A stretch of 63,883 nt of DNA, counting the filler, from Lenisia limosa (lineage: Eukaryota; Protista; Breviatea), in NCBI GenBank assembly GCA_001655205.1. It is 12 parts of 12 records of this genome, joined end to end, with 100 filler letters (N's around TTAATTAATTAA, not from the genome) between each part and the next. Parts side by side here need not be neighbours in the genome. Positions count along the whole stretch, not along the records: positions 1 to 4,136 come from LPNZ01009405.1; positions 4,237 to 15,783 come from LPNZ01006882.1; 10 more parts are not named here. One strand, given 5' to 3'. The position numbers and the translations under genes were made by a program. Below the pieces are notes generated by a model. It worked only from the letters and a program-made list of their open reading frames with translations. It searched no databases and was not told where the DNA came from. This document shows, in pieces, positions 1 to 10,738 of this stretch. Numbering within the stretch: the first letter of the stretch is position 1; each line of letters starts with the position of its first letter.

Positions 1-131
1 GCATCTGTTAATAAGGGGTTGAACTTCATTTGAATAATGGGGGCAACTGAAGTGTTTGGACTGTGTTTGGAGAAGTTGTGACCCTTACTATACCCACAAC
101 ATCTACTGGTACAAATCTCCAGCAAAATCTC

Positions 132-175
132 TCAGAGATCTGTCAGAGATCTGTCAGAGATCTGTCAGAGATCTG
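132..175. repeat. Tandem repeat, 11-bp unit TCAGAGATCTG x4
   Basis: Four exact head-to-tail copies read directly, ~190 bp upstream of the ATG at 364. Confidence 0.95.
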
Positions 176-363
176 GGGATCTTCAAAATCCCCAGGTCTG
201 TGGCCCCCTGTTTTTGTCATAGATATCGAGAAAAAAGGTACTGCGACATTAGGCACCTTAGAAAGCCTTTCTATTGCCTTAGACTTTTGGTTTATCTTCG
301 GCTTCTTGTTTTGTAGCTCGTTTTTGACACTGATAGAAGAGATTTGCCCGATTTATACAGCCA

Positions 364-1974
364 ATGGCTTTAACAAGCAATGATATCGCGAGACTGACCT
401 CGCTTGTCCTTGACGAAGAGAAAGACTACGTCCCACCTCTTAAGTTCACATCTCAAGGCCCCAGTGTCTTCTCACCGAGATCTTCGCAGACTTCCCCTCG
501 ATCGCAGTCTCAGTTCACTTCCCCTCGCTCACAATTGCCCTCCCCCTTGGCTCAGCATGACGAACTTGTTCATTCAGCATCATTTGACGGGCACTTACGC
601 GCATATTCCCGAAAGCAATACCCTCCTGCCTCCAACCAGCCTACACAGGCTTCTAACGTCCTTGGAGATTTCAATAGTAACTATACAATGAAGTCTTCGA
701 CAAGCGAGAATCATATTTCAAACGGTGCAAGCTCACAGTGGGCTGGACAATCTCCTCGAACATTCCCCAGCCTCGTCACTCACGCGGCCTCCGTCAATCA
801 TCTCTCGCCTCGGGGGAACTACGGTGCTCACGTTGGCATTTACGACGAGTTTCGTCACGAACCAGACCACTCCTCGCACCCCTCTGCACAACAGCAGCGG
901 CGAGAGATTGAGGAGGAGACGCGTCGTCTCCGCGCCTCTCTTGCACAGATCCGGGCTGAACGTGACAGTGTCGATCGTCTCAAGGCCGAAGTGGCGAAGG
1001 AGGCTCAGCAGCTGCACTCCATGAGGGAGTCCTTACAGGTTTGGCGGATAGTCTCGCGAGATGACGTCACATGCTTATATGTGCTCTTCGCTTCAGTAAC
1101 CGGGTTGGGACCAGAGCTGTTCTACCAGGTTTATTGTTATTATTTGGTTTCACAGCACTTGATTATTTTAATATTTTTCGTTGTTATTTGACTTGATTGA
1201 CTTTTCTTCCCCATTTCCAAAAACCTGGTCTTTTTTTACAAATCAACCCATGTTGTTCCGAGTGCTCAATATCATCACTCGGAGCCTTGTTGTTGGCTCA
1301 TTATGCAAAATTCATATCCAATTATTATGTTGCAATAGCCCGAGTCAATAGACCCTCTCTTTTGTATTTAGAAGTAGGCCGAATTTCGGGAATTTTCCTT
1401 ATTTGCTGATTATTTTTCAAACTGTCACAGTTTTTACAGTTCAAAAGCCACTTTTTTTTTCTTTTTTTTTCTTTCTTTTTTTTTGACTTTTTGGCTTTTG
1501 ATATGATAAATTACTACATCAGAATATCAACTCAATGCCTAACCTGAACCTTTGTCGAGATTATTATCAACAGAATTGATTCTTTTTTTGAGGATTCCAT
1601 CACCCCCCCCCCCCCNNNNNNNNNNNNNNNNNNNNNNNNNNNNNNNNNNNNNNNNNNNNNNNNNNNNNNNNNNNNNNNNNCGCCAACGGAGTCTTTTGGA
1701 TTTCGATCGACAGAGGCTTTGCTGCGCCAAACAACGGTTTGACGGCTGATTAAATTAACCGAGCCAAGGGAATTGAATTGAACCAATCAGCGGGAATGGA
1801 TAATTATATTGGTTGGGCCTTTTGGATGGATTAGAGTTTTTTATTATTCGGTTCGTGATTAGTACCTTTATTTCAACAATAGTCATCATTTCCTTCATTC
1901 ACCCCCAGGTTCGGCCATCTTCTCGTAGCGTCCGCCCACGCTCTGCCGGTCGGCGCGTTAGATCACATGATTGA
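364..1974 (+). CDS. Hypothetical Ser/Pro/Gln-rich protein with a short coiled coil, about 3 exons
   Basis: Long exon 364-1038 (MALTSNDIARL...ESLQ|gtttgg), a partly masked exon ending 1736 (SFGFRSTEALLRQTT|gt), and a last exon 1909-1974 (cccccag|VRPSSRSVRPRSAGRRVRSHD*). No family recognised. Confidence 0.6.
1832..1908 (+). repeat. Family G intron 3'-end module (copy 1), ends at acceptor AG
   Basis: gagttt..tattattcggttcgtgattagtaccttta...atttccttcattcacccccag matches the copies at 40471 and 19033. Confidence 0.7.
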
Positions 1975-2344
1975 CGGCAGGCAGCCCAGTTCTCCAGAAT
2001 CTTCCGCCAGCTCCCCGGAGTGGGAGAGGGGGGGGGATACGGAACAATTAGCAATCATTTCGGGGAGATATGATTTTCATTTCCGATGTTATTCTGTGTT
2101 TGTTTTTGGAGCAGAGTGGGGAATTTTAGAGCCTCTCCGGGGCCCAATTCCTCGGTAAATCGACGATAAATACCGATATTTAAACCTTGGCAAGCCCTAA
2201 TTATAATATCATTGTCTGAGAGACGGCAATTTTCATTTACACTGTTCGGTCAGATACAACCTTGTTTTATTTCTCGTCTCTATATGATATTTATATAATA
2301 CTGCTGAACCCAATACATATCTCACTCTATCCAGCTCCATCCCC

Positions 2345-4037
2345 ATGGACATGGCCACAGACGTGGACTCATGTTGCGAGGCCCTCCCCGAGGCCCTCCG
2401 AGCCAAATTGGCCTCAGTCACCCCGGCCACTTGCGCCGATTTTGCCGAGTTGGTCAAGACTGCTCTCGAGATTATATCCAAACAGGTGGGGGGTCCAAGA
2501 CTGATGGAATATTTTACGTTGTTTGGCGCTATCGCACAGAATTCCCATAAATTATGAGATTTCCGTTTTTATTTATTTATTACTTTCCCCTCTAATCAAT
2601 GAACCAACTGTTCTGTTAGTAATGGCACAGTTGAATGCTCACACCCCCCTCCCCATGCGACTGGCCTTTGTTTGTTTTTTGTTCCAACCCTCGTGTGTTG
2701 TCAGCCAACNNNNNNNNNNNNNNNNNNNNNNNNNNNNNNNNNNNNNNNNNNNNNNNNNNNNNNNNNNNNNNNNNNNNNNNNNNNNNNNNNNNNNNNNNNN
2801 NNNNNNNNNNNNNNNNNNNNNNNNNNNNNNNNNNNNNNNNNNAGCGAGACCGATAAGTGCACCACTGTCTGCAAGAGTTGCTGTGAGGCTGTCAAGGTTT
2901 ATGCTGGTAGGTGACAAGTTATTGATATTGAGCAAAAGGCTGGATATTTATGATCCTTATTTCAATTAAGACTTGCACAAAAGCTACAGACCTAGGATTA
3001 TGATGAGAACTGTTTAATTATCATTTTTACGATATTACGCTAACTGCACAGTGGGAGTGTGTAACCATCGCGTGGTCTGCTTTGCATGTGCCTTGCGCCA
3101 GCGCCTCCTCTTCGGAAACGTCCGATGCCAAACGTGTCATGTGGGGGGGGGGGGGCAANNNNNNNNNNNNNNNNNNNNNNNNNNNNNNNNNNNNNNNNNN
3201 NNNNNNNNNNNNNNNNNNNNNNNNNNNNNNNNNNNNNNNNNNNNNNNNNNNNNNNNNNNNNNNNNNNNNNNNNNNNNNNNNNNNNNNNNNNNNNNNNNNN
3301 NNNNNNNNNNNNNNNNNNNNNNNNNNNNNNNNNNNNNNNNNNNNNNNNNNNNNNNNNNNNNNNNNNNNNNNNNNNNNNNNNNNNNNNNNNNNNNNNNNNN
3401 NNNNNNTCAAAAACCTCGCTCCCCAAGGTCGTCTTGACCCCCAGTTGAGTACGAGGGGTCTTGGCACCGTGCAGACATTATGAGGGGTCTTGACCCCCAG
3501 CTGAGTACAAAGGGTTTTGGCACCGTGCAGGCATTACGAGGGGTCTTGGTACAGGACTTCACTTCGGTTCGGAAAAAGATGAACTTTCTCGATAAATTCG
3601 AAAACTATCGATATTTTACCAGTATTTTTCGAACCGAAGTGAAGCCCTAATCTTGGGGTCTACAGGGCTTTGCCGGCATTATGAGGGGTCTTTGATGGTA
3701 CATTTAAAAAGCTTGAGATTCCTTTCACCCTCCCCCCCAGAGTTGATTTTAGGTGTTTTGTTTCAAAANNNNNNNNNNNNNNNNNNNNNNNNNNNNNNNN
3801 NNNNNNNNNNNNNNNNNNNNNNNNNNNNNNNNNNNNNNNNNNNNNNNNNNNNNNNNNNNNNNNNNNNNNNNNNNNNNNNNNNNNNNNNNNNNNNNNNNNN
3901 NNNNNNNNNNNNNNNNNNNNNNNNNNNNNNNNNNNNNNNNNNCTCCTGATCTTGGCCTGCAAATCGTGTGACTTTATTGCCGAGTCACGTGACGACTGGC
4001 TCCACCACCAGGCTGAGGCCCATGAGCTCTTCACTTG
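2345..4037 (+). CDS. ZNF598: ZNF598/Hel2-like RING + C2H2 E3 ubiquitin ligase, 5' part
   Basis: Spliced exons give CKSCCEAVKVYA-VGVCNHRVVCFACALRQRLLFGNVRCQTCH (Hel2/ZNF598-type RING pattern), then CKSCDFIAESRDDWLHHQAEAH (C2H2 finger). Truncated by the linker at 4137. Confidence 0.7.
2657..2709 (+). repeat. Family C dispersed repeat (partial)
   Basis: gcgactggcc-tttgtttg..ccaaccctcgtgtgttgtcagccaac core shared with about 10 other loci. Confidence 0.8.
3434..3545. repeat. 56-bp tandem repeat x2 containing a GGGGTC-TT-GACCCC hairpin junction
   Basis: Units 3434-3489 and 3490-3545 are near-identical; a remnant continues after the MITE to ~3692. Confidence 0.85.
3552..3649. mobile_element. Family A hAT-like MITE
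   Basis: TIRs caggacttcacttcggttcg / cgaaccgaagtgaagcccta, 98 bp. Confidence 0.85.
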
Positions 4038-4136
4038 GTGGGGGGTTGTGGACGGAATTCTCGCAAAATATTGATATTATACCTGGCTTTTGGAGCTGAA
4101 ATAGACCTAACCTATTTATCAAGCCTTTTTTTTTTT

Positions 4137-4236
4137 NNNNNNNNNNNNNNNNNNNNNNNNNNNNNNNNNNNNNNNNNNNNTTAATTAATTAANNNNNNNN
4201 NNNNNNNNNNNNNNNNNNNNNNNNNNNNNNNNNNNN
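4137..4236. other. Artificial 100-bp scaffold/contig linker N44-TTAATTAATTAA-N44 (first of 11)
   Basis: Identical linkers at 4137, 15784, 20516, 24695, 36186, 40283, 44402, 46714, 52201, 54059 and 62121 (each 100 bp); the core puts stops in all six frames. Confidence 0.97.
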
Positions 4237-4456
4237 TTGCCAATGATGTGGTAAAGGGAGACATTCACTTGAAGTGTATGTGTAAGAACACAGGGATAGT
4301 TGTCCAATTTGGGGAAGGTTGCGTTATGCCCTTCAATGAGCCAATATAACATATTAACTTCCAGTATGTTGTACCAAACGCTTTATTGGTTGATAAATGT
4401 CATGGAATTGACTGACTTTCAGCATTTCATATTTCTCCCTAATAATATACATGCAG

Positions 4457-6374
4457 AGTGAAGCCCAACAGGTGGATGTTGATCTGATGGGCAAGTACAG
4501 ATACGGAATAGAGCAGCTCATGGAATTGGCAGGTGGGAACTACCAGAGGTAGAGATTATATTTCATTTTTACTGTGTAATCTTCACCGAAAATTGTGATT
4601 CAGTCACTCGGAGAACTCCCCAATCTTAATTCTGAGAGTTTTGAGCGTAGAAGATAGACAAATGTTTTCCCCTCATACAAATTCTATTGTATATCATCTG
4701 ATGTCTATCTATCTCCCTGTGATTTTAGAAGTAGTGCCTCATTTATGCATACTTTGCTAACTGCCTCTCAGGACTCTCAGTAGCATCGTCTGTCCTGAAG
4801 TTTATTGGGGACTCCCCGAAGGACGTTCTCATCATTGTAGGGCCTGGTAACAATGGTAGGGTTGTAAAGTATCAAAGGAGAACTTGTTTATTTTACCCCT
4901 AGAAAGGATTGTTATTTGTTCAGTCACTTCAAACCAAAGTGGTTTAGTACAGCTTGCGAATTACCCCAACCGAGTTATTGCTTTACGTTGTAGGAGGAGA
5001 CGGCCTTGTCGCTGCGAGACATTTGACTCTTATGGGGTGTAACGTTGAGGTATGCGCATTGATTATTCATACCTAAACAGGAATTGATACTGTTAACTGC
5101 TAATAGTTAAGGTAAAATATCATATACAGTATACTTATTACTTAGTCTCTTCTACAGTATACAGTAGAAAGAGATACTACAAGCCCTATTCTTTTGTAAC
5201 ATGGCAGGTGGTTTATCCCAAAAGGCCACAAAAAGACCTGTATCTCCAGCTCACACATCTGGTAAGGCTGAAACGGCTTTGGTGCGGGCTTTGAAGAGGA
5301 AACAAATTTTTGTATTAGAAGTGACCATCACCTCAACAAAGACAATCTGAAGACAAATATCAATTTCCCATTTCAAAAAAAAACACTGTATTCTGTCAAC
5401 TACTCTTATCAATGTAGTGCAAGGACTTTTCAATTCCTGTTCTTGAAACCCTTCCAGAAGGGCTAGAAAAATACGGCTGTATTGTGGTTGGTTGTCGGTT
5501 TTGATCTAGTTTCAATAGAGGTTTATCTTTATGATCAAATCCCTTTTTTCTTTGTTGTAAATAAGTTCGTTTAATGATATAATTCCACAAAAGTCACACC
5601 TATTCAATGATTTAGGACTCCATCTTCGGGTTTTCTTTCAAAGGAGCTGTCCGAAGCCCCTTTGATGAAATTCTCAAAGTATGTTCAAACATAAACTATA
5701 TCTATAAATATTGCTCTCTTTTTTCATTGATTAAATTAATACTGCACTGAAAATCGGCAGCCCTGTTTGCTGTTAAATTGAGAAGACGTACGAGCCATTA
5801 CTAAATGTGACATTGTAGAGCCTCAAGCCACACCAATCACGCATTTTGTCTGTTGATATTCCATCTGGATGGGATGTGGAAAGCGGTGCGAATGAGCTTT
5901 TCTGAACTTATGTGTCGTCTAATTTCCCGTATACTACTATGACTGATATAGCTAATCTAACTAGCTATGCGTAGTATGAAATGTTCAATGATCTGCTGCA
6001 GTTGATCATGTCTTTCAGGGCCAAGAGAAGACTCCTTTATCCCTGGCGCTTTGATCTCTCTCACTGCTCCAAAATGTGGGAGTGGGGTGCAAGTAAACCT
6101 TTTTGTTGCCTGCCACACCTCCATCCTGTATTGCTCTATATATACTATGCATACCATAGATAATAATATATATCATAATGTTATGTTATATTTCGCTCCG
6201 AATCCATATGACTTTGACATTTTATATGATATCATATGTATGTCTCACCTTCTAGTATGTGCCCAGCACTTTAAAGGGGTGCATTTCCTTGGTGGCCGGT
6301 TCGTGCCCCCCGAAATGTCGAAAGCACTCAACCTACCACAGTACCCTGGGGCTGACCAGTTTCTTCTTTTGTAG
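4457..6374 (+). CDS. NAXE: NAD(P)HX epimerase (YjeF_N / APOA1BP); N-terminus lies further upstream
   Basis: Exons splice to SEAQQVDVDLMGKYRYGIEQLMELAG, IVGPGNNGGDGLVAARHL, DSIFGFSFKG, SVDIPSGWDV, LISLTAPK and HFLGGRFVPP...PQYPGADQFLLL*, all YjeF_N hallmarks. Confidence 0.93.
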
Positions 6375-6529
6375 CTCTTCCCATGCGCCACTCTTTGAAA
6401 CTACTTATTTAACGCGTTGTGCACCCTATTTAATGTAATTTAACACCCCATGAAATCAGAATACTGTACATCAAACTATAAATAGACTAAGAAAGAAACA
6501 TGATAAATCCATCCCCATGACATGAGTCC

Positions 6530-9500
6530 TCATGACTCTGCCACTTCCGCAATCTTCGAAAAGACCTCGTCAACCCACTCCTTGTCCGGAATAGTGTCGT
6601 GTGGCTAAAACGTGAGCACAGGTCAAATAAGTCCAATGTCGTTTTCGTTGTGGACAGGTGAAAATACATAAAATGGTCAATTCATATTAAACAAAAACAT
6701 ACTCCCCTCGCATGCCTGTCCATACACCAGGAAGGATGGCTTTGTTCTCAGCATCTTGCGTGCCACCCGGACAATATCGTCTGTTGCAAAATAAGAAAAA
6801 GGAGCTTGAGGAACTATCGACTGATATCAAAAACCACGTCTCTCGGTCCGCAATGCTTTGGGTAGAATGTCTCAATGAAAAATATATGAGACACACGTTG
6901 GATTGACCAGCCATGTGCCTACCTGCAGTGACGCTTTCGATGCGTTCAATGATGTATTGACTGCCGAGATGTGTGCCGTAAGTCAAGAGCTGTCTGCCAA
7001 GGTCCTGAGGTAATTAAATAATGGCAATATGTATGTACATATGATATGATACACTATCACTATACCTGTATGGATACTAACAAATCAATTAATCATTTAT
7101 CATTCGGTGAAAACAGCAAGTAAACTTCGGTTTTGATTCAAGAAGAAAGCTGCAACAAACCTCGAAGATAACTTGTCTGCTTTCCAAGTTGAAGAGTAAT
7201 GATGAACGAAGCTGAATTTTTGCACTACAACAGTCAACACAGAATCTCGATAAACATCGATTTCTATTGGTCTGCTTGGAAACAAACGGGGGAAAGAAGA
7301 AGCTGGATTAGCATTTCAAGACAGTTAATAAACCTTCAAAAATAATTAGGTCCATATTTACCGATGCCAAGAACACTGCTTATGATATGCATTCGCACAT
7401 TTCCCCACCGTTTCAATTCATCGACCTTGGGCATTTCTAACATGCGGAAAAGCTCGTTGGTGATCACGTGGCACAAATGGGCAGAGGCCTCGGGAACGCA
7501 AGACCCATAGATACCAAAAACACTTGTGTCTTCGTAAGCGTTGTTGAAAGCAACTGCATTGACAACCCAGTGATATCTCGAGAGAACTTCCTAAAGAGGT
7601 AACTTCCAAATTGAGAAATGGTCAATAACCAATTACCCATTCCCTCCATACCGTATATAATCTTGAGAACATACCCTTACCAGGCCCTCCAGCACTGAAT
7701 GAACCTGTCTAATTAGATACGGCTACTTACAAACTCTAAATTGGACCTTTTCCTCATTTGTATTACTCAGTGTTACTAAACAGGCTAACCACCATCCCAC
7801 CTCCGCCACCCATAAGAATTTGCAACACGCACTGGGCGTAAATGTCGTCTTCCAGCCATGAGGTACCTTGGAAGGCAATGGCAATGTGGGACAGTGACAG
7901 GAGCTACGATGGTTACTGAGGCTGCAACAGCATTAGAGATAAACGGTGCGGGTGGTTGGAAAATTCTATTGCAAAATCATATGTCTCGCCTCCTACCCCG
8001 ATAGGGTCAGGGATGTGCTCGGGAGGGGTCACGATCTTGAACCCGCCAGTGTAGCGCGAAAGACCGGTCTTGTGCTGAAGAGATCAGCTTGGAAGTACAT
8101 GAGGGCATCAAAGAAAATAAGAACTTGCCATTTTGAAAAAAAGGTTAGGAATTTGAAAAGAACAGATAATGTCAACCAATAAACAACAAAAAATAGTTGA
8201 AACCCAAACAGGGTCTTCACAGGGTGTCAAAGAGCCAAACGCAGTTTCGGCGTGTTCAACCTGTAAAGTTAAAGGTGTCTGATAGAAACCCTTGTCTATC
8301 ATAATATAAGCTGAAAGCAACCCAACATACCACTTTCTCGTGGTCGCAGCCCACAGCAACCAGCACCATGTCCGAAGGTACAACCATCCTGCGGGCAAAA
8401 TCGGCCACGTCCCTATAGCCGTTAAGGCCCCATTATATTATGGGTTGGACCTCACACAATCCATTCATATCTATTATTATATGATATGCATATCTATATC
8501 ATATACTATAGTATACTTAGATAACATATCGATATATCGATATATTATATGATACATAGTATATACTAGCTATATAGTATATGATATGTATATATCGGTA
8601 CTTTTTGGACAGCAGAACAGAAAATGGAGGGAGCGGTGGGGGGGGGGGNNNNNNNNNNNNNNNNNNNNNNNNNNNNNNNNNNNNNNNNNNNNNNNNNNNN
8701 NNNNNNNNNTAACCTGTGAGAAAAGCTCTTGGGGTCTTGTAAATTACCCATGACATGATTGCCAAGAGGGTTATTAGGCCATGCAACCTAATCCGTTATT
8801 CATCTGGATATTGGAGTATGGAAAATGTAGAAACAATACTACCTGAAAGATGTAAAAAAAATAAAGAAAAAAAAAACACATTCATAATCCAACGTACCGA
8901 ATGGATCAACTCGGGAATGACTAGCTCGGGTTCTGACCAAAACGCTTCAATTTCATGTTTCACTGACAAGGCCTGGAGGTAAGAAATATGTTGGTTTTGT
9001 ATTCAAAAATACCAATCATTTAGCTTGTGAGAATAAAGGACCATCAAAAATCACGGGAGTTTTCCTATGGATCAATGATACTGCTTTGTTTAGACCAAAG
9101 TAACACTATTACGAATTTATGCTGCACCTTACCTGCCTGTCCATATCAGCTTTGTTAAAGAGAGAGTTGTAGAGCGAATCGGCAATAATGTCAATAGACT
9201 ACGTGATTGAGCACCAAGAAAGACGCAAAACAAAACTTGCTCGAAATTGAAAGAAAAGAAGTAAATGGTTCAATTGTTTAAGTTGAAAGAGGGCTCCAAC
9301 CTCATGGATATCCGGCCGCATGCAATCTATCGCCATCATGGAGTGTTCCCGAGATGCTGATGTTAGTAGGCTGCCTCCCATGTGCTCCACTTTCAGCAGC
9401 AAATCATCAGCAGTTGTCGTCTTGGTTGACTACAAAAGGGTGTCAGAATATCTTTCTGCTACGAAGTTTGAAAAACAATAGTACTCATTTTTATATTTTT

Positions 9501-10461
9501 TTTTATAGATATAATATATAATATAGTATTTATTTAGTATATAATGATATATAACTACTTTGTAAAAATGAGGTAATATATCCAAGGCTTCACTTCGGTT
9601 CGAAAAATAGGTAGCATATCTATAGCTTCGAGGATTTATCGAGAAATTCAGTCTATTTTTGAACTGAAGTGAAGTCCTACCATATAAGAAAGAAATAAAA
9701 CAAGCGAGTCCTGGCATATCATGTGAATCCTCCCCAGGCCCACTTTAAGCCACATGCTGGTACACATGTAGGCCAGGCCGGGCTTGTCCACTGTGTCAAC
9801 TCGCGAGCCATTTCTGAAGAATAGCCCGACTGTGGACGCGGCTCCAGGGACATTCTAAAGCTGGTGAAGGTCGACAAAGACTCTGATACCACTGATGAGC
9901 GGATTCAAATGATGTCCATAACAGCCCACTATATTACGTTTCTTGATGACTAGATGATTTTAAAGACACTTAAACACCAAAAAAATAATAAAAAATAATA
10001 ACCCCCAAGCACACCACAGTTGCGACTGAAAGCCCATTGGAGAGTTTGGAAATCTAGAGGAAGAGTTAAGAAACTGCGTAAGCCAGAAACATCACAAAAA
10101 GAACCCCGACAAACACTTGTTCCTCTGTCATTCGAAAAATCAGGAAGAATCTCTGGGCAAATGATATCTTCGGCAATGTAGGGTGTTGCCATATCAGGCA
10201 TTTGCTTTGTCTAAAAGATTAATCATACCAATACAGGATGGACCAACTTCCTGAGAAAATGCTCTCTTCAAGAAGGGGAGCCAGGAGAGGGTGGGAAGGA
10301 CACTTACCTAAAACAGTGAGTAAGTCATTATTGTATAGCTTAAAACTATTGCATACAGCATAGGCGATGATAAGAAAGTATGACAATACCCAAAAGCAAA
10401 GTGAGGGAAAATACACCCAAACCTTCCCAATTGATGACAAAGCACTTCTTGCTGACAACAT
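6530..10461 (-). CDS. PMPCA: Mitochondrial processing peptidase alpha subunit (M16 family)
   Basis: About 17 exons: MLSARSALSSIGK..KRAFS presequence, ISKLSNGLSVAT, VGLFFRNGSR, EHMGGSLLTSASRE, YTGG, ILMGGGG-SFSAGGPG Gly-rich loop, FNNAYEDTSVFGIY, SSLLFNLESR..FEDLGRQLLTYG, DIVRVARKML, ending EVAES*. Confidence 0.92.
9583..9679. mobile_element. Family A hAT-like MITE (in MPP-alpha intron)
   Basis: ggcttcacttcggttcgaaaaa ... tttttgaactgaagtgaagtccta. Confidence 0.85.
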
Positions 10462-10738
10462 AATGGTTTAAGAATAACAAGAGAGGTATTCACTATCAAA
10501 GACAAAAGTTACTCTGGTAAAAATCCAGGTATTTACCCTAAATTTTATATATCTGACATCAATTAGGAGTGAACTGAATACATAGTTTCTGTTTCTGCTG
10601 TGCGCTGCCTGGCTGCCTCATAACAAATTTGAATTTATACCCATATTACCCGGGATAACGCATGTCCTACATTATCACATTTAACCAATAAACCCCGAAT
10701 TCCTTTGGAATTCCTTTACACGAGTCAGAATCACGAAT

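Noticed and set aside
3027-3483. Long ORFs in the supplied track that run through X stretches
   Set aside because: They stay open only because N runs contain no stops; not evidence of coding.
4181-4192. Palindromic TTAATTAATTAA recurring 11 times
   Set aside because: Always centred in exactly 44+44 Ns: an artificial six-frame-stop linker. MCM6, PDS5 and RpiB stop at linkers and do not resume, so adjacency across linkers is unreliable.
4457-4466. AGTGAAGCCC in the NAXE exon identical to part of the family A TIR
   Set aside because: A 10-bp match encoding the conserved SEA residues, with no second TIR or internal MITE sequence; likely chance.
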